Shown here piece by piece: positions 19,169 through 28,803 of a stretch of 64,000 nt of DNA. The notes below the pieces were generated by a model. It saw only the letters and a list, made by a program, of their open reading frames with translations. It did no database searches and was not told the DNA's origin. How positions within the stretch are numbered: position 1 is the stretch's first letter; each line of letters starts with the position of its first letter. Origin of the DNA: an uncultured bacterium (lineage in GTDB: Bacteria; Zixibacteria; MSB-5A5; CAIYYT01); assembly GCA_963726455.1 (NCBI GenBank), contig CAVSCK010000004.1, forward strand, positions 672,001-736,000, read 5' to 3'. Made by a program: the position numbers and the translations under genes.

Positions 19169-19546
19169 CTACGAATTCCGTTTTCCGCGCTCAACAATCC
19201 ATTCTCGTATCGACACAATCACCCCCGACAGATTGTCCTTCACGTCCCTATCGAGCAACCGCAGCACGGTAATGCCGAGTTCCTCCAATCGACGCTGACG
19301 AGATTCATCTTTCTCTAAGCGGTCGTTGTGACTTGAGCCGTCAATTTCGATGGCGAGCATGAGTTCGTTACAAAAGAAGTCCACAATGAAAGTGGCAATC
19401 GGCTTCTGCCTGTGAAAGTCAAAACCAAGCATCTGTTTGCCCTTCAACTGCCGCCACAATAGCACTTCGGAGAGCGTGCTGTTGCGGCAAAGCAATCTGG
19501 CACGCTCCTTTAGTCTGGCGTCGTACGGGAGAATCTTTCTTCTCAT
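19169..19546 (-). CDS. DUF559 / Vsr-like endonuclease B
   Basis: LKERARLLCRNSTLSEVLLWRQLKGKQMLGFDFHRQKPIATFIVDF...AIEIDGSSH...RQRRLEELGITVLR. Confidence 0.9.
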   Translation of the reverse strand: MRRKILPYDARLKERARLLCRNSTLSEVLLWRQLKGKQMLGFDFHRQKPIATFIVDFFCNELMLAIEIDGSSHNDRLEKDESRQRRLEELGITVLRLLDRDVKDNLSGVIVSIREWIVERGKRNS

Positions 19547-19548
19547 CT

Positions 19549-19742
19549 AACACACCCCTTGTCTTCCCCTCTCAAGAGGGGAAGAACGCCTAAATGTTAA
19601 GAGTGTCGTGTTGTGTGACGTGCAACTTGACAACCCCTTGTATTCCCCTCTCAAGAGGGAAAGAACGCCTAAATGTTAAGAGTGCCATGTTCTATGCCGC
19701 GCAACTTGACACACTCCTTTTGTTCCCCTCTCAAGAGGGGAA
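19549..19742 (-). repeat. Right array of three palindromic repeats, inverted relative to the left array
   Basis: ACACCCCTTG..TTCCCCTCTCAAGAGGGGAA at about 19549, 19628 and 19707; period about 79 bp. Confidence 0.9.
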
Positions 19743-19825
19743 GAACTCACTCACTGTGCTCCCATCGCAAACTTTGGATTATCAAGTTGGTCAAAGGATT
19801 GACGCAGAAGGGCGATTTCCCGCCC

Positions 19826-20137
19826 TTACCTTCCCGAGAGCAGATGGTAATGCAAGTGAAACACGGTCTGGCCTGAACGCGGGCCGTTGTTGATCATTAC
19901 GCGGAAGTCTTTGGCCTTGTCACCCAATTCCTCCACGACATGCTTTACGGTTTCCGCCAGCATGCGATGCACTTCAGGAGGGGCATCCATAAAATCGCGG
20001 TAGTGAGTCTTGGGGCAAATCAACAGATGAATCGGCATCGCCTGGGCGCGATCGTGGAAAACGATGACATCATCGGTCTCGTAAAATATCTTCGCAGGCG
20101 CTTCGCCACTAATAATGCGGCAGAAAATGCAATTCAC
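19826..20137 (-). CDS. HIT family (histidine triad) nucleotide-binding protein
   Basis: NCIFCRII, HLLICPK, GQTVFHLHYHL. Confidence 0.9.
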   Translation of the reverse strand: MNCIFCRIISGEAPAKIFYETDDVIVFHDRAQAMPIHLLICPKTHYRDFMDAPPEVHRMLAETVKHVVEELGDKAKDFRVMINNGPRSGQTVFHLHYHLLSGR

Positions 20138-20272
20138 CTGCGTATAAAACAGCGACGGCATAAGCACGTCAATCAGATTTTTGCTTGCGCATCGGATTTG
20201 CGTGACCGATATCTGGCATGACGAATCTGATTTCGCGCAGTTCATCCGGGACCAATGTTGAGGGAGTCGGAA

Positions 20273-21675
20273 ATGAAGATAACGTTTTATGGCGGCACCG
20301 AGACCACTACCGGCTCGATGCACATTCTGGAAGTTGAAGGCGCCAAAATTCTGCTCGATTGCGGAATGTATCAGGGCAGCCGCAAGAAGGCGTATGACCT
20401 CAACAAGAATTTCCCCTTCGATCCCGTCATCTCTGGAGACGGTCATTCTGTCCCACGCGCATATCGATCACTGCGGCAATCTTCCCAATCTGCACGAACA
20501 GGGCTACGAGGAGAAGATCTTCTGCACTCATGCCACTCGCGATCTCGCCAGCGTGATGCTCAAGGACGCCGCCTACATTCAGATGAAGGACGCCGAGTAC
20601 TTGCAGAAGCATGGCAAGGTCGCCTACGGACCGCTGTATGATATCATGGCTGCTGAGAAAACGATCTGGCATTTTGCCTCGGTGAATTATCATCAGAAGT
20701 TTCGGATACATCCGTCTGTCAAGGTTGAGTTCTTCGATGCCGGGCATATCCTGGGCGCAGCGCTGACGAAGTTCTACGTGGCACAGAACGGCCAGAATCG
20801 TGGAAGTAGTTTATGCCGTCGATTTGGGGCGCAAGAATCTGCCGATCCTGCGCGATCCGGAATCGGTCGGTCATGCCGACTATCTGATCATCGAGTCAAC
20901 CTATGGTGGCAGACACCACACCGATATCACGAAGGCCTCGTCATTAGTCGCAGAAGTTATCAATCGCACAGCTCAAGCGCGGCGGCAAGCTTATCGTGCC
21001 GGCCTTTAGTCTGGAGCGGACACAGGAATTGGTCTATGTCATTCGCGGACTAAAGAAGGCAAAGCGGATTCCCAATGTGCCGGTATACATCGATTCGCCA
21101 CTTGCAGTCAATGTCACCGACATTTTCCGATTGCATCCGGAGTGTTTCGACCATGAGACCAACCAGATGCTGGAGCAGGATGAGGATCCGTTCGGTAGCG
21201 CCGAGTGTACTTACGTCCGTTCAGTGGATGCATCCAAACGACTCAACGGGCTGCCCGGGCCGCTGATCATTCTCTCTGCCTCGGGCATGTGCGAAGCGGG
21301 ACGCATCTTGCACCATCTCGCCAACAACTGCGAGGACCCCAAGAACACCATCCTGATAGTTGGCTATCAGGCCGAGGGTACTTTAGGCGACGAATTGTCG
21401 AGGGCGCCAAGGACATCAAGATTTTCGGGGATATCTACAAGCTCAACGCCGAAGTGGTCGAACTTGACACGTTCTCTGCTCACGCCGATGAAACTGATTT
21501 GGTGAACTATGTCGCGACTCTGAATCCCAGGCCTAAGAAGACCTTCCTGGTTCACGGCGAACTTACGGCACGCACCGCCCTGCAGAAGGCCTCATGGAGC
21601 AGGCCGGTATCGACGCGTAATGCCGAGAGCGGGCCAGTCCTTCGATTTAAATGGAACGTAAGTCAGATACAATAG
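20273..21675 (+). CDS. MBL-fold metallohydrolase with beta-CASP/RNA-specificity domain, several indels
   Basis: LLDCGMYQG, LSHAHIDHCG, DAGHILG, IESTYG, SASGMCEAGRILHH, FSAHAD, LVHGE. Confidence 0.9.
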
Positions 21676-21884
21676 CTCTGAACTAGCACTATCTTTGCGA
21701 AAAGATGCACTTACTGCGGGATAGTATTTTAGAGCCAAAACTGCCTCGTTTCTGCGTTTAGCAGTTCTACAGGAAAGCCGTCAGCATAGGCCAGAACCGA
21801 CGTAGAGGCGCAAAAGAGGGCTAAAGTAGTTTAAAATATCGCTTGACAGAAAGCGGGGGCAATATTATCTAATCGAACCGAATT

Positions 21885-21902
21885 TCGTGAATTATTTCAC
21901 AT
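21885..21902. promoter_or_regulatory. CRP/Rex-like palindromic operator upstream of citrate synthase
   Basis: TCGTGAATTATTTCACAT, similar to 10304-10321. Confidence 0.4.
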
Positions 21903-22006
21903 AATCGGCCAGTCGATGCCGCTGATTTGGATCGACCGGAAGAAGCGTAATACACAGCTTTGACGCGAAAATACAGAACCAAGTATAACTAGTGAGGTAA
22001 CGCTGA

Positions 22007-23320
22007 ATGAGTGCACTAAAAGACAAACTCACAGTTGAATTCCCGAAGTTCCGGGACGAAATTGCGGCACTAGTCAAAGAGCACGGCGACGTCAAGATCT
22101 CCGAAGTCACAATCGCGCAGGCCTATGGCGGCATGCGCGGTGTCAACGGACTGGTCTGTGACACTTCCGAAGTGCCCCCGGACAAAGGGCTCATCATTCG
22201 CGGCATTCCGATTGCCGATCTCACCGAAAAGTCGCCGGAGGAGGTTTTCTGGCTGCTGTTGACCGGCGAACTGCCGACCAAGGATCAGGTCAAGGACTTA
22301 GTCGCCGATCTGAAGGCCCGCGCCAAGGTTCCTGACTATGTGTGGAAGGTTCTGGAAGCCATGCCGAAGGATTCCCATCCGATGGCAATGTTCGACACCG
22401 CCATCCTGGTTATGGAAAAAGAATCGAAGTTCCGCGAGAACTATGACCAAGGCATGAAGAAGTCGGACTATTGGGTCTGGACCTTGGAAGATGCTCTGGA
22501 CATCGTCGCCAAGCTGCCGGAAATCGCTGCCGGTGTTTATCGGATGCGTTTCAACAAGGGCGCGACGCATTCCGTTCGATCCCTCGCTTGACTGGTCAGG
22601 CAACTATGTCAAGATGCTCGGTCTGGGCGACCCGGGCGGCAAGTTCACGGAATGCATGAAGCTGTATCTCGTGCTGCACTCCGATCACGAATCCGGAAAC
22701 GTCAGCGCGCATACGACGTTCTGCGTCAATTCGGCCCTGTCCGACCTTTACTACTCGCTGTCCGCCGGTCTTGAACGGTCTGGCTGGCCCACTGCACGGA
22801 CTTGCCAATCAGGAGTGTCTGGGTTGGGTTTTGGAAACCAAGAAGAAATTTGGCGGCGTTCCGACCGAAAAGCAACTGCATGATTTCGCTTGGGAAACTC
22901 TGAATTCAGGTAAGGTCGTTCCCGGTTATGGCCATGCGGTACTTCGCATTACCGACCCGCGTTTCACGGCGTTCCTCGCCTGGGGCAAGAAGAATATCCC
23001 GGAGGACGAGACCTTCCAGCTTGTGGCGCGAGTGTTTGACGTTGTGCCGGAAGTACTTAAAGCAGGTTCAGAAGATTAAGGATCCGTGGCCGAATGTTGA
23101 TGCCGGTTCGGGTGCACTTCTTTATCATTTCGGCTTGACAGAATTCCCGTATTATACTGTATTGTTCTCCGTTTCGCGAGCGCTCGGTGTCTGCGCTCAG
23201 GCCGTTGTCGCCCGCGCAATGGGCTGGCCAATTGAGAGACCGAAGTCGGTCACGACGAAGTGGCTTAAAGGCAAGGCGAAGTTGAATAATTGTGGAACTC
23301 TGACGGCCTTTGGTCGTTAA
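22007..23320 (+). CDS. gltA: Citrate (Si)-synthase, eukaryotic type, split by indels
   Basis: [61 protein letters not shown]. Confidence 0.95.
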
Positions 23321-23527
23321 ATATGCGAGTGAAGAAACTAAGACATCGCCAGATGTTTAGGAATTTAGATAATCCTACCGGAAGGGCCTGAGGGATTATC
23401 GCTTCAGGTTGCTCCTCGGGGACCCTTCCTTATCCTACCCTGTACCCAACGGGCGGAGGTGGTCGAAAGACGACTTCCGCCTTCCTTTCTTTATATCGAC
23501 AAAACTCAGACTTGTGAAATCGAAATT

Positions 23528-24392
23528 CTATACGGAACGAATCAGGTCGCGCAGGGGTCGAAAATCAGTGAGAATAATTCCTGTCTTCTTGAGCACGTCT
23601 TTGAGACGGTCGGACAGTCAGGAATTTGATAGTCCCATTGTCGCACGTCAGGATGGCTCATGCCGTCTGTTGGTTGGTGGCTGTCTCGCAGCAAACATGG
23701 ATGGAAGTATATCTCGGTGATACCGGAGGGCAGATTCGTCAGCAGATCGGCAGTGTAATCTTCCTTTTCCTGATAGCTGCGGAATGAGTCGATCGGCACA
23801 TAGATCAGGTTGTCGGGAACGTGGATGTTCGGCGCGTCGAATGTTGTCCACCCAGCGTCCGTCCAAACCGACCGCCTCGAGCAGCAAACGGGAACCAGAA
23901 CGTATGGGCAGCCGATATTCATTGGCGCAAGCCGCAATAGATTTCCGCGAATTCCGGTCGTAGCTGCAGTGTGCCTTCGTGGCTGTCGAAGTGCGTGACG
24001 TCGACGCCGTCTGCCAGGGCGCGATCAAGTTGCGCTTTGGCTTCAAGATATGCCTCCTCCGGAGCCGCATTTTCGAAGAAGACCTTGCGATCAGGATGAA
24101 ATCGCGATGTTGGGACCTAGCAGAGATGGTATTTCGTTCGGTGATGTGACTGGACAGGAACCGTCTTCGGTGTAGTCGCCGGTCAGACTGATGTGGACGC
24201 CACAGGGAAAATTAGCCCGACTTCGGTAGAGCGACAGCGCCTCGGAATAAGAAGCATGCGGTGACCATAATGGTCGGCGGACGTAATCCAGGAATTGTCA
24301 AGTAGTTCCGCAATTGCGGTGTTGACTGCGGGAGCGAGACCGAAGTCATCGGCGTTGATGATCAAGCAACTTATCCGACGCCGTGTAACCAA
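23528..24392 (-). CDS. YdjC/ChbG-HpnK family carbohydrate deacetylase, several indels; start approximate
   Basis: LIINADDFGL, THFDSH (read across frames), GITEIYFHP. Confidence 0.75.
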
Positions 24393-24637
24393 GATGCTCG
24401 GCAACAGTCGCCAAACGATTGCGAAACAAATACTTTTCTGGTGTGCGCAAAAGGATACATGATGGTAAGAATAGCTTGAATTGACGGCCGGGCGCAAGGA
24501 TACCGGAGACTGGTCTGATCGGGAATTAAATAAGGGAGTGGTGGAGGGGGGATACCCGATTCTAACATCGGGCGGCTGGTTGGTCCAGCGCGCACCACTC
24601 CCAATCTCTAACAACTCGGCAAAAGAGCTCACACAAG

Positions 24638-24806
24638 GTGGCCCGCTGTTTCAAATGCAAACATCGTGCCTGACGTCCACAGTACCCGCAAACATACGGC
24701 AGGACTGCCTAGATAAGTAGTACTATGTTAAGCGGTTGGACTGCAGCCGAATCGACCGGCCTAGCGTAATTCGACACGGAAGGTCAGACCGGTAAACTGA
24801 GACCAC
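24638..24806 (-). ncRNA. Candidate structured non-coding RNA (long rod-like fold, family unassigned)
   Basis: TATAAT (24819-24814) lies 7-8 nt upstream; nested helices gtggtct/gggccac, cgtgtc/ggcacg, gtcca/tggac, ccgc/gcgg, aacata/tatgtt. Confidence 0.4.
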
Positions 24807-24848
24807 GACGGCAATTATATGCAAACACTTGCCTACCGGAAGAAGAGC

Positions 24849-26070
24849 TCAATCAGCACAACCGCACGACCCGGCGCCGCCGGCGAAGATGTACTGGATG
24901 ATGGACACGCAATCTGAAATATCGGTAGCATTGTCGCAGTTAATGTCACCGGCTTTGGATGTCAGCCGGTTGTTGCCCACCGGCGAAGATGTAGCCGATC
25001 AGATATACGGCATCGGAAATATCGATGTCGCCCGTGCCGTTGGCATCTCCGCGCATCACGTAGCAGGACGGATATTTTGCCGCGAGCACCGGTCCATCGC
25101 CGGTGCGGAAACGTGCAACGATGCGGCCGGAGGGAGTGATTTCGGTAATTGTGTCATCGGAGAAATTGCAGCTCACGACCGTGCTGTCGCTCACGGCAGT
25201 AACAGTCGTGACACCGAGGTCGGTATAAATAGGATTAGCAGGGCCACGCAGCAAAGTGAACGAGGAAAGATCAACGGTGTACACTTCCCCGTGTCCGGCA
25301 AATCCACCGGCGGCCAGGAACAATATTCCAGATGAAGTGATGGCCATATTTCCGGGCGAGCCACCGACGCTGAGACTGTCGACGATCTCCCCACTGCCGG
25401 AGTTGAGACGATAGAGCGTTCCCCATTGCGAGAAATAGTCGCCGGTGCAGATGACATAAAGATAGCCGTCGTCACCGCAGTGCGACGTCCTGCGGATTGG
25501 TGCCGACGGGAATCGAACTGGTGACGGTGTTGGTCGCAAGGTCGAATGCCTGCAGGTAACCATGACCATAAGTGTAATTGCCAAAGTCGAAATTCGTGAC
25601 GCAGATGAATGCTTTGCCTCCGATGAATGACAACACCCTCCGGCGATTTGCCGACGTTGTACTCCCCTATCACGCTGCGGCTGCGGATGTTCACGCGCGT
25701 CACTGTTGATGAAGTCAAATTCGTTATGAGCGCAATGCTGTCATTGAACATCGCTCCACCGTACGGATTTCTGCCGCTACCGAGGAATAATGTTCCGGCC
25801 GGCGTCATTGCGGGCAGATTAAAGAAGTAAAGATCGTTCGACGAGGAATTAATCGCGACACCGATTTGCTTCGAAACCAGAAAGTCATTCGGCGCCAGAC
25901 CCAAGGTGGCGATATTTGTGAGTGATCGTGCTGTCCGCGAGATTCACGAAATCAGCAGTCTCGCCCAGACCGTTTACTACGATCAGATTTCGGTTGTACG
26001 CTGCTGCCTGCGCGAAGAGCATTGCTACCAGTAGTGTGATGTATCGAATAAACATGATTGTGTTCCTCAT
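24849..26070 (-). CDS. YncE/BtuG-like beta-propeller with C-terminal dockerin-like domain, several indels
   Basis: Propeller blades (LGSGRNPY, VGKSPEG, LYVICTGDY, VGGSPGNM) followed by GDANGTGDIDISDAVYLIGYIFAGG and a second repeat TDISDCVSIIQYIFAGG. Confidence 0.75.
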
Positions 26071-26071
26071 C

Positions 26072-28231
26072 TTATAATTCCACAGTTAGTGATGTAGTGA
26101 AGTTACGCGGCGGCATGGGTACGCGTTCGAGAATCTCGTACCGCGTGTTGCCCAGGTTGTAGACCGCCAGAGTCAGAATTTCGCGAGCACCCAGAAATTG
26201 TGTGGTGAACTCCAACGACACGTCATGCAATGAGTATGCGGGCAGTGCCTTGGTGTTTGCCTCACGGATATAGCGGACACCGGTGTACGAATAAGTGTAG
26301 TCCAGTTTGCAGCGCCAGAAACGCACGGCGATAGTTGCCCGGTCGGTGCGATCCGGCTGAAACGGAATCACCAAACCGTAATAGTTCTCCGAGCGCGACA
26401 GATTAATCGAGTTCTGAATCGTATGATGAAATTGCGCCGACAATCGTTGATTGAATGTTGTCATCGATAGGCCGATTTCCGTGCCCGTGATTTGGGCGCG
26501 CGACAGATTCACCGGCGTGTACTTGCCGTCAAAGCGACGCCGCCAATAGATCATCCCATCAACATCATTGACAAAATGTCGGACTTGTCCCGTCGCGCGA
26601 ATTCTATCTCCGATCTCCGCACGCAATTGGATATCGCGCAACCGGGCGCGTTCGGGCTGCAAATCTGGATTACCAATGGCAAAGACATCGCTGCTCCAGA
26701 ACAACGCATCGATCGGCGGCAATCGAAATGACTCTGCATAGTTGGCGGATACCTCTAGATCAAGTATGCGCTCTGAAGAAATCGCCAGCGACACGTGCGG
26801 CGACCTGTAGTTGCGATTATCTACGCGGTCGATTCGATATGCCAGACCGTAATTGATTGCCGCGAAAGTCATGCTTTGTTGGTAACCCACGCGAGTGAAG
26901 GCCGCGGAGGTGCGACGCTTGATGGCGGGAAGTGATGACTCCGGTTGAAGGCGATCGTCGTTGAAAAAGTTCTCGGAAAGATACTGCCCGCCAAGATCAA
27001 AGTCGAGCCGGTGCGCAATTGACCACGTCCTGGTCGCATCGAATTGGCGCGCGACTTGTAGATAATGGCGGTCATAAGTGATCGTGCCGAGCGCATCGCG
27101 ATAATTCTGAGTCAGTTCGCGATAGGCCGCGTTGGCGCTGACTGTCGATGTGCGATAAGCGGCTCCAAGTTGAGTACTCGAATGCGTCGCAGTTGCGCCG
27201 GGTGTTTCCTGCAAAACGGCGCCGGGGATGCCGTGATAGCCGTCGTAGTGGCGAGCGGTTACGGTGAGCGGCTTGACCCGGTTGATGCTGAGCGTGGCGA
27301 AATAGCTTGCCTGACGCGACGCGTTGTTGGCACGCTGCTGATCGCCAAGATACGGATGAGCATATTCGAAGTTGTTTCGACTGAAGCTGTATTCATAATC
27401 CGCGAGCAGTTGCATGCCACCGACTATCGTTTGGCTGGTGTTTATCAATTCACGGTTGAGCGCGTAACTTCCAAACGTGCCGGTCGCCGACAACTTTGAC
27501 GGCTCATCCCGGGTCGGTTGTTTGGATACGATATTGACCGCGCCACCCAGAGCGCCCTCGCCGAATCGCGACGCCGCACCGGAAGAGTACACTTCAATCT
27601 TGTCCACGGATGTTAGCGGAATCGTAGCCAAGTCCGCAGCATTGCCATTCGGATTCAACGGTACGCCATCAAGCAGAACGAGTGTTCGCTGCGGAGTAAG
27701 TCCGGCAAGTGACAAATATTTCGCTCTGCCGTCAGACTGTATTAAGTATCCTTGCTCATCGAGGAAGCCGCCGACATCGACGCGGCTGCTGGCTCTGATT
27801 TGTGTCGTGTCGTATTGTGTCGTTCCCGTCTGAATATCGCGTTTCGCAGTGACGGTTTGCGACGTAGACCTAACCGTGATGGGATGAAGCGCGATGTCGA
27901 TGCTGGCAGTTTCTCCCTCGCGAACAAGCGTCGCGTTGGTCTGACGTTTGACATGAAATGCCGAGTTGAGTTGCAGTGTAATTGTGCCGGGCATGATACG
28001 TTCAAGTCGATAGCGGCCGTCGTAATCGGTAACAGTCGAAGTGCCATCGGGCAGGACGGTCACGACGACTCCGGCGATCGGTTGATGCAGGATATCGTCG
28101 GTGACGCGGCCGAAGACGGTTGCGAAGTTTTGCGCCGACACTTGCAAATGCAGGCCGAGGATAAGCAGCACAATTGCGAGGAGTGATGTTCGTCGATGTT
28201 TAGTACGGTGTGCCCGAAAGATTGATCGCAT
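26072..28231 (-). CDS. TonB-dependent receptor, probable vitamin B12 transporter (BtuB-like)
   Basis: Carboxypeptidase-regulatory-like N-domain; plug LVLLDGVPLN..IEV..GALGGAVNIV; GNPDLQPE; NLGN..Y..PPRNF; lies behind a cobalamin riboswitch. Confidence 0.85.
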   Translation of the reverse strand: MRSIFRAHRTKHRRTSLLAIVLLILGLHLQVSAQNFATVFGRVTDDILHQPIAGVVVTVLPDGTSTVTDYDGRYRLERIMPGTITLQLNSAFHVKRQTNATLVREGETASIDIALHPITVRSTSQTVTAKRDIQTGTTQYDTTQIRASSRVDVGGFLDEQGYLIQSDGRAKYLSLAGLTPQRTLVLLDGVPLNPNGNAADLATIPLTSVDKIEVYSSGAASRFGEGALGGAVNIVSKQPTRDEPSKLSATGTFGSYALNRELINTSQTIVGGMQLLADYEYSFSRNNFEYAHPYLGDQQRANNASRQASYFATLSINRVKPLTVTARHYDGYHGIPGAVLQETPGATATHSSTQLGAAYRTSTVSANAAYRELTQNYRDALGTITYDRHYLQVARQFDATRTWSIAHRLDFDLGGQYLSENFFNDDRLQPESSLPAIKRRTSAAFTRVGYQQSMTFAAINYGLAYRIDRVDNRNYRSPHVSLAISSERILDLEVSANYAESFRLPPIDALFWSSDVFAIGNPDLQPERARLRDIQLRAEIGDRIRATGQVRHFVNDVDGMIYWRRRFDGKYTPVNLSRAQITGTEIGLSMTTFNQRLSAQFHHTIQNSINLSRSENYYGLVIPFQPDRTDRATIAVRFWRCKLDYTYSYTGVRYIREANTKALPAYSLHDVSLEFTTQFLGAREILTLAVYNLGNTRYEILERVPMPPRNFTTSLTVEL

Positions 28232-28383
28232 AAGCGAATCTCCCTGGGCGGGAATGATGGTACCGATTCATGAAGGTGTCAAAACCGAAGCGGTATTGAC
28301 CCACAGGAATCGGACAAGGATTGTTGCGACTGTGCCGGACGAAGCTGGGTTACTGCACTCGTTTCGAAGACGTGCGAATGCGC

Positions 28384-28410
28384 CTGGATTCCCACCTTCG
28401 TGGGAATGAC
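28384..28410. repeat. ATTCCC-n8-GGGAAT REP-like palindrome in the receptor leader
   Basis: ctggattcccaccttcgtgggaatgac. Confidence 0.6.
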
Positions 28411-28492
28411 AACGAACCGCGTGCAAGCGATTTGAATTTGACGGCAAGTCGGTTACTCTCCCGAACCCGCGCCGGAATAAGTTAACGTTGAT

Positions 28493-28673
28493 GGCTTTCG
28501 GCAGGTCTCCTGACTTGGCAGTTTTGCGTCCGCGGTTTGCGGGACGCTGCCTACTCTCCCTCGCCTTCCCGGGCTTCGACCCAGTGGCACGGTGGGGATT
28601 TCGTCGCTGCTTACAGTAGCGGGGCTGTGCGGGATTTTCACCCGCTTCCCTATTAAGCTTCGCACCGAAAGCC
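28493..28673 (-). ncRNA. Cobalamin riboswitch
   Basis: Minus strand P1 ggctttcgg/ccgaaagcc; aatagggaagcgggtgaaaatcccgcacagccccgctactgtaa; gccactggg..gggaaggc; B12 box aagtcaggagacctgcc. Confidence 0.95.
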
Positions 28674-28803
28674 GGTGATGATTACAAGGCGAGGATAGAA
28701 TGTGTTGAAGGAGGATGTCAAGGGCAATGTCGAGACCGGCCTCGTCGACCCTAAGTATTGTTACGCGACTCTTAGACTGTTTCTCCGAGGCAAAGAAACA
28801 ATA

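Noticed and set aside
18837-19742. CRISPR array (repeats of about 35 bp with 45-60 bp spacers)
   Set aside because: Spacers are homologous to one another, the two arrays are inverted around a gene, and no cas genes are in the window
18760-19893. Short ORFs 18760-19068, 18913-19125, 18950-19318, 19594-19893 and 19673-19876
   Set aside because: They are translations of the palindromic repeat arrays (SPLERG/PLSRG peptides) with no independent coding evidence
24534-24602. tRNA, tRNA-Sec or tmRNA 3' end (ccccctccacca on the minus strand, cloverleaf-like look)
   Set aside because: No TTCGA T-loop, only two internal arms, and no matching 5' GGGG acceptor strand upstream
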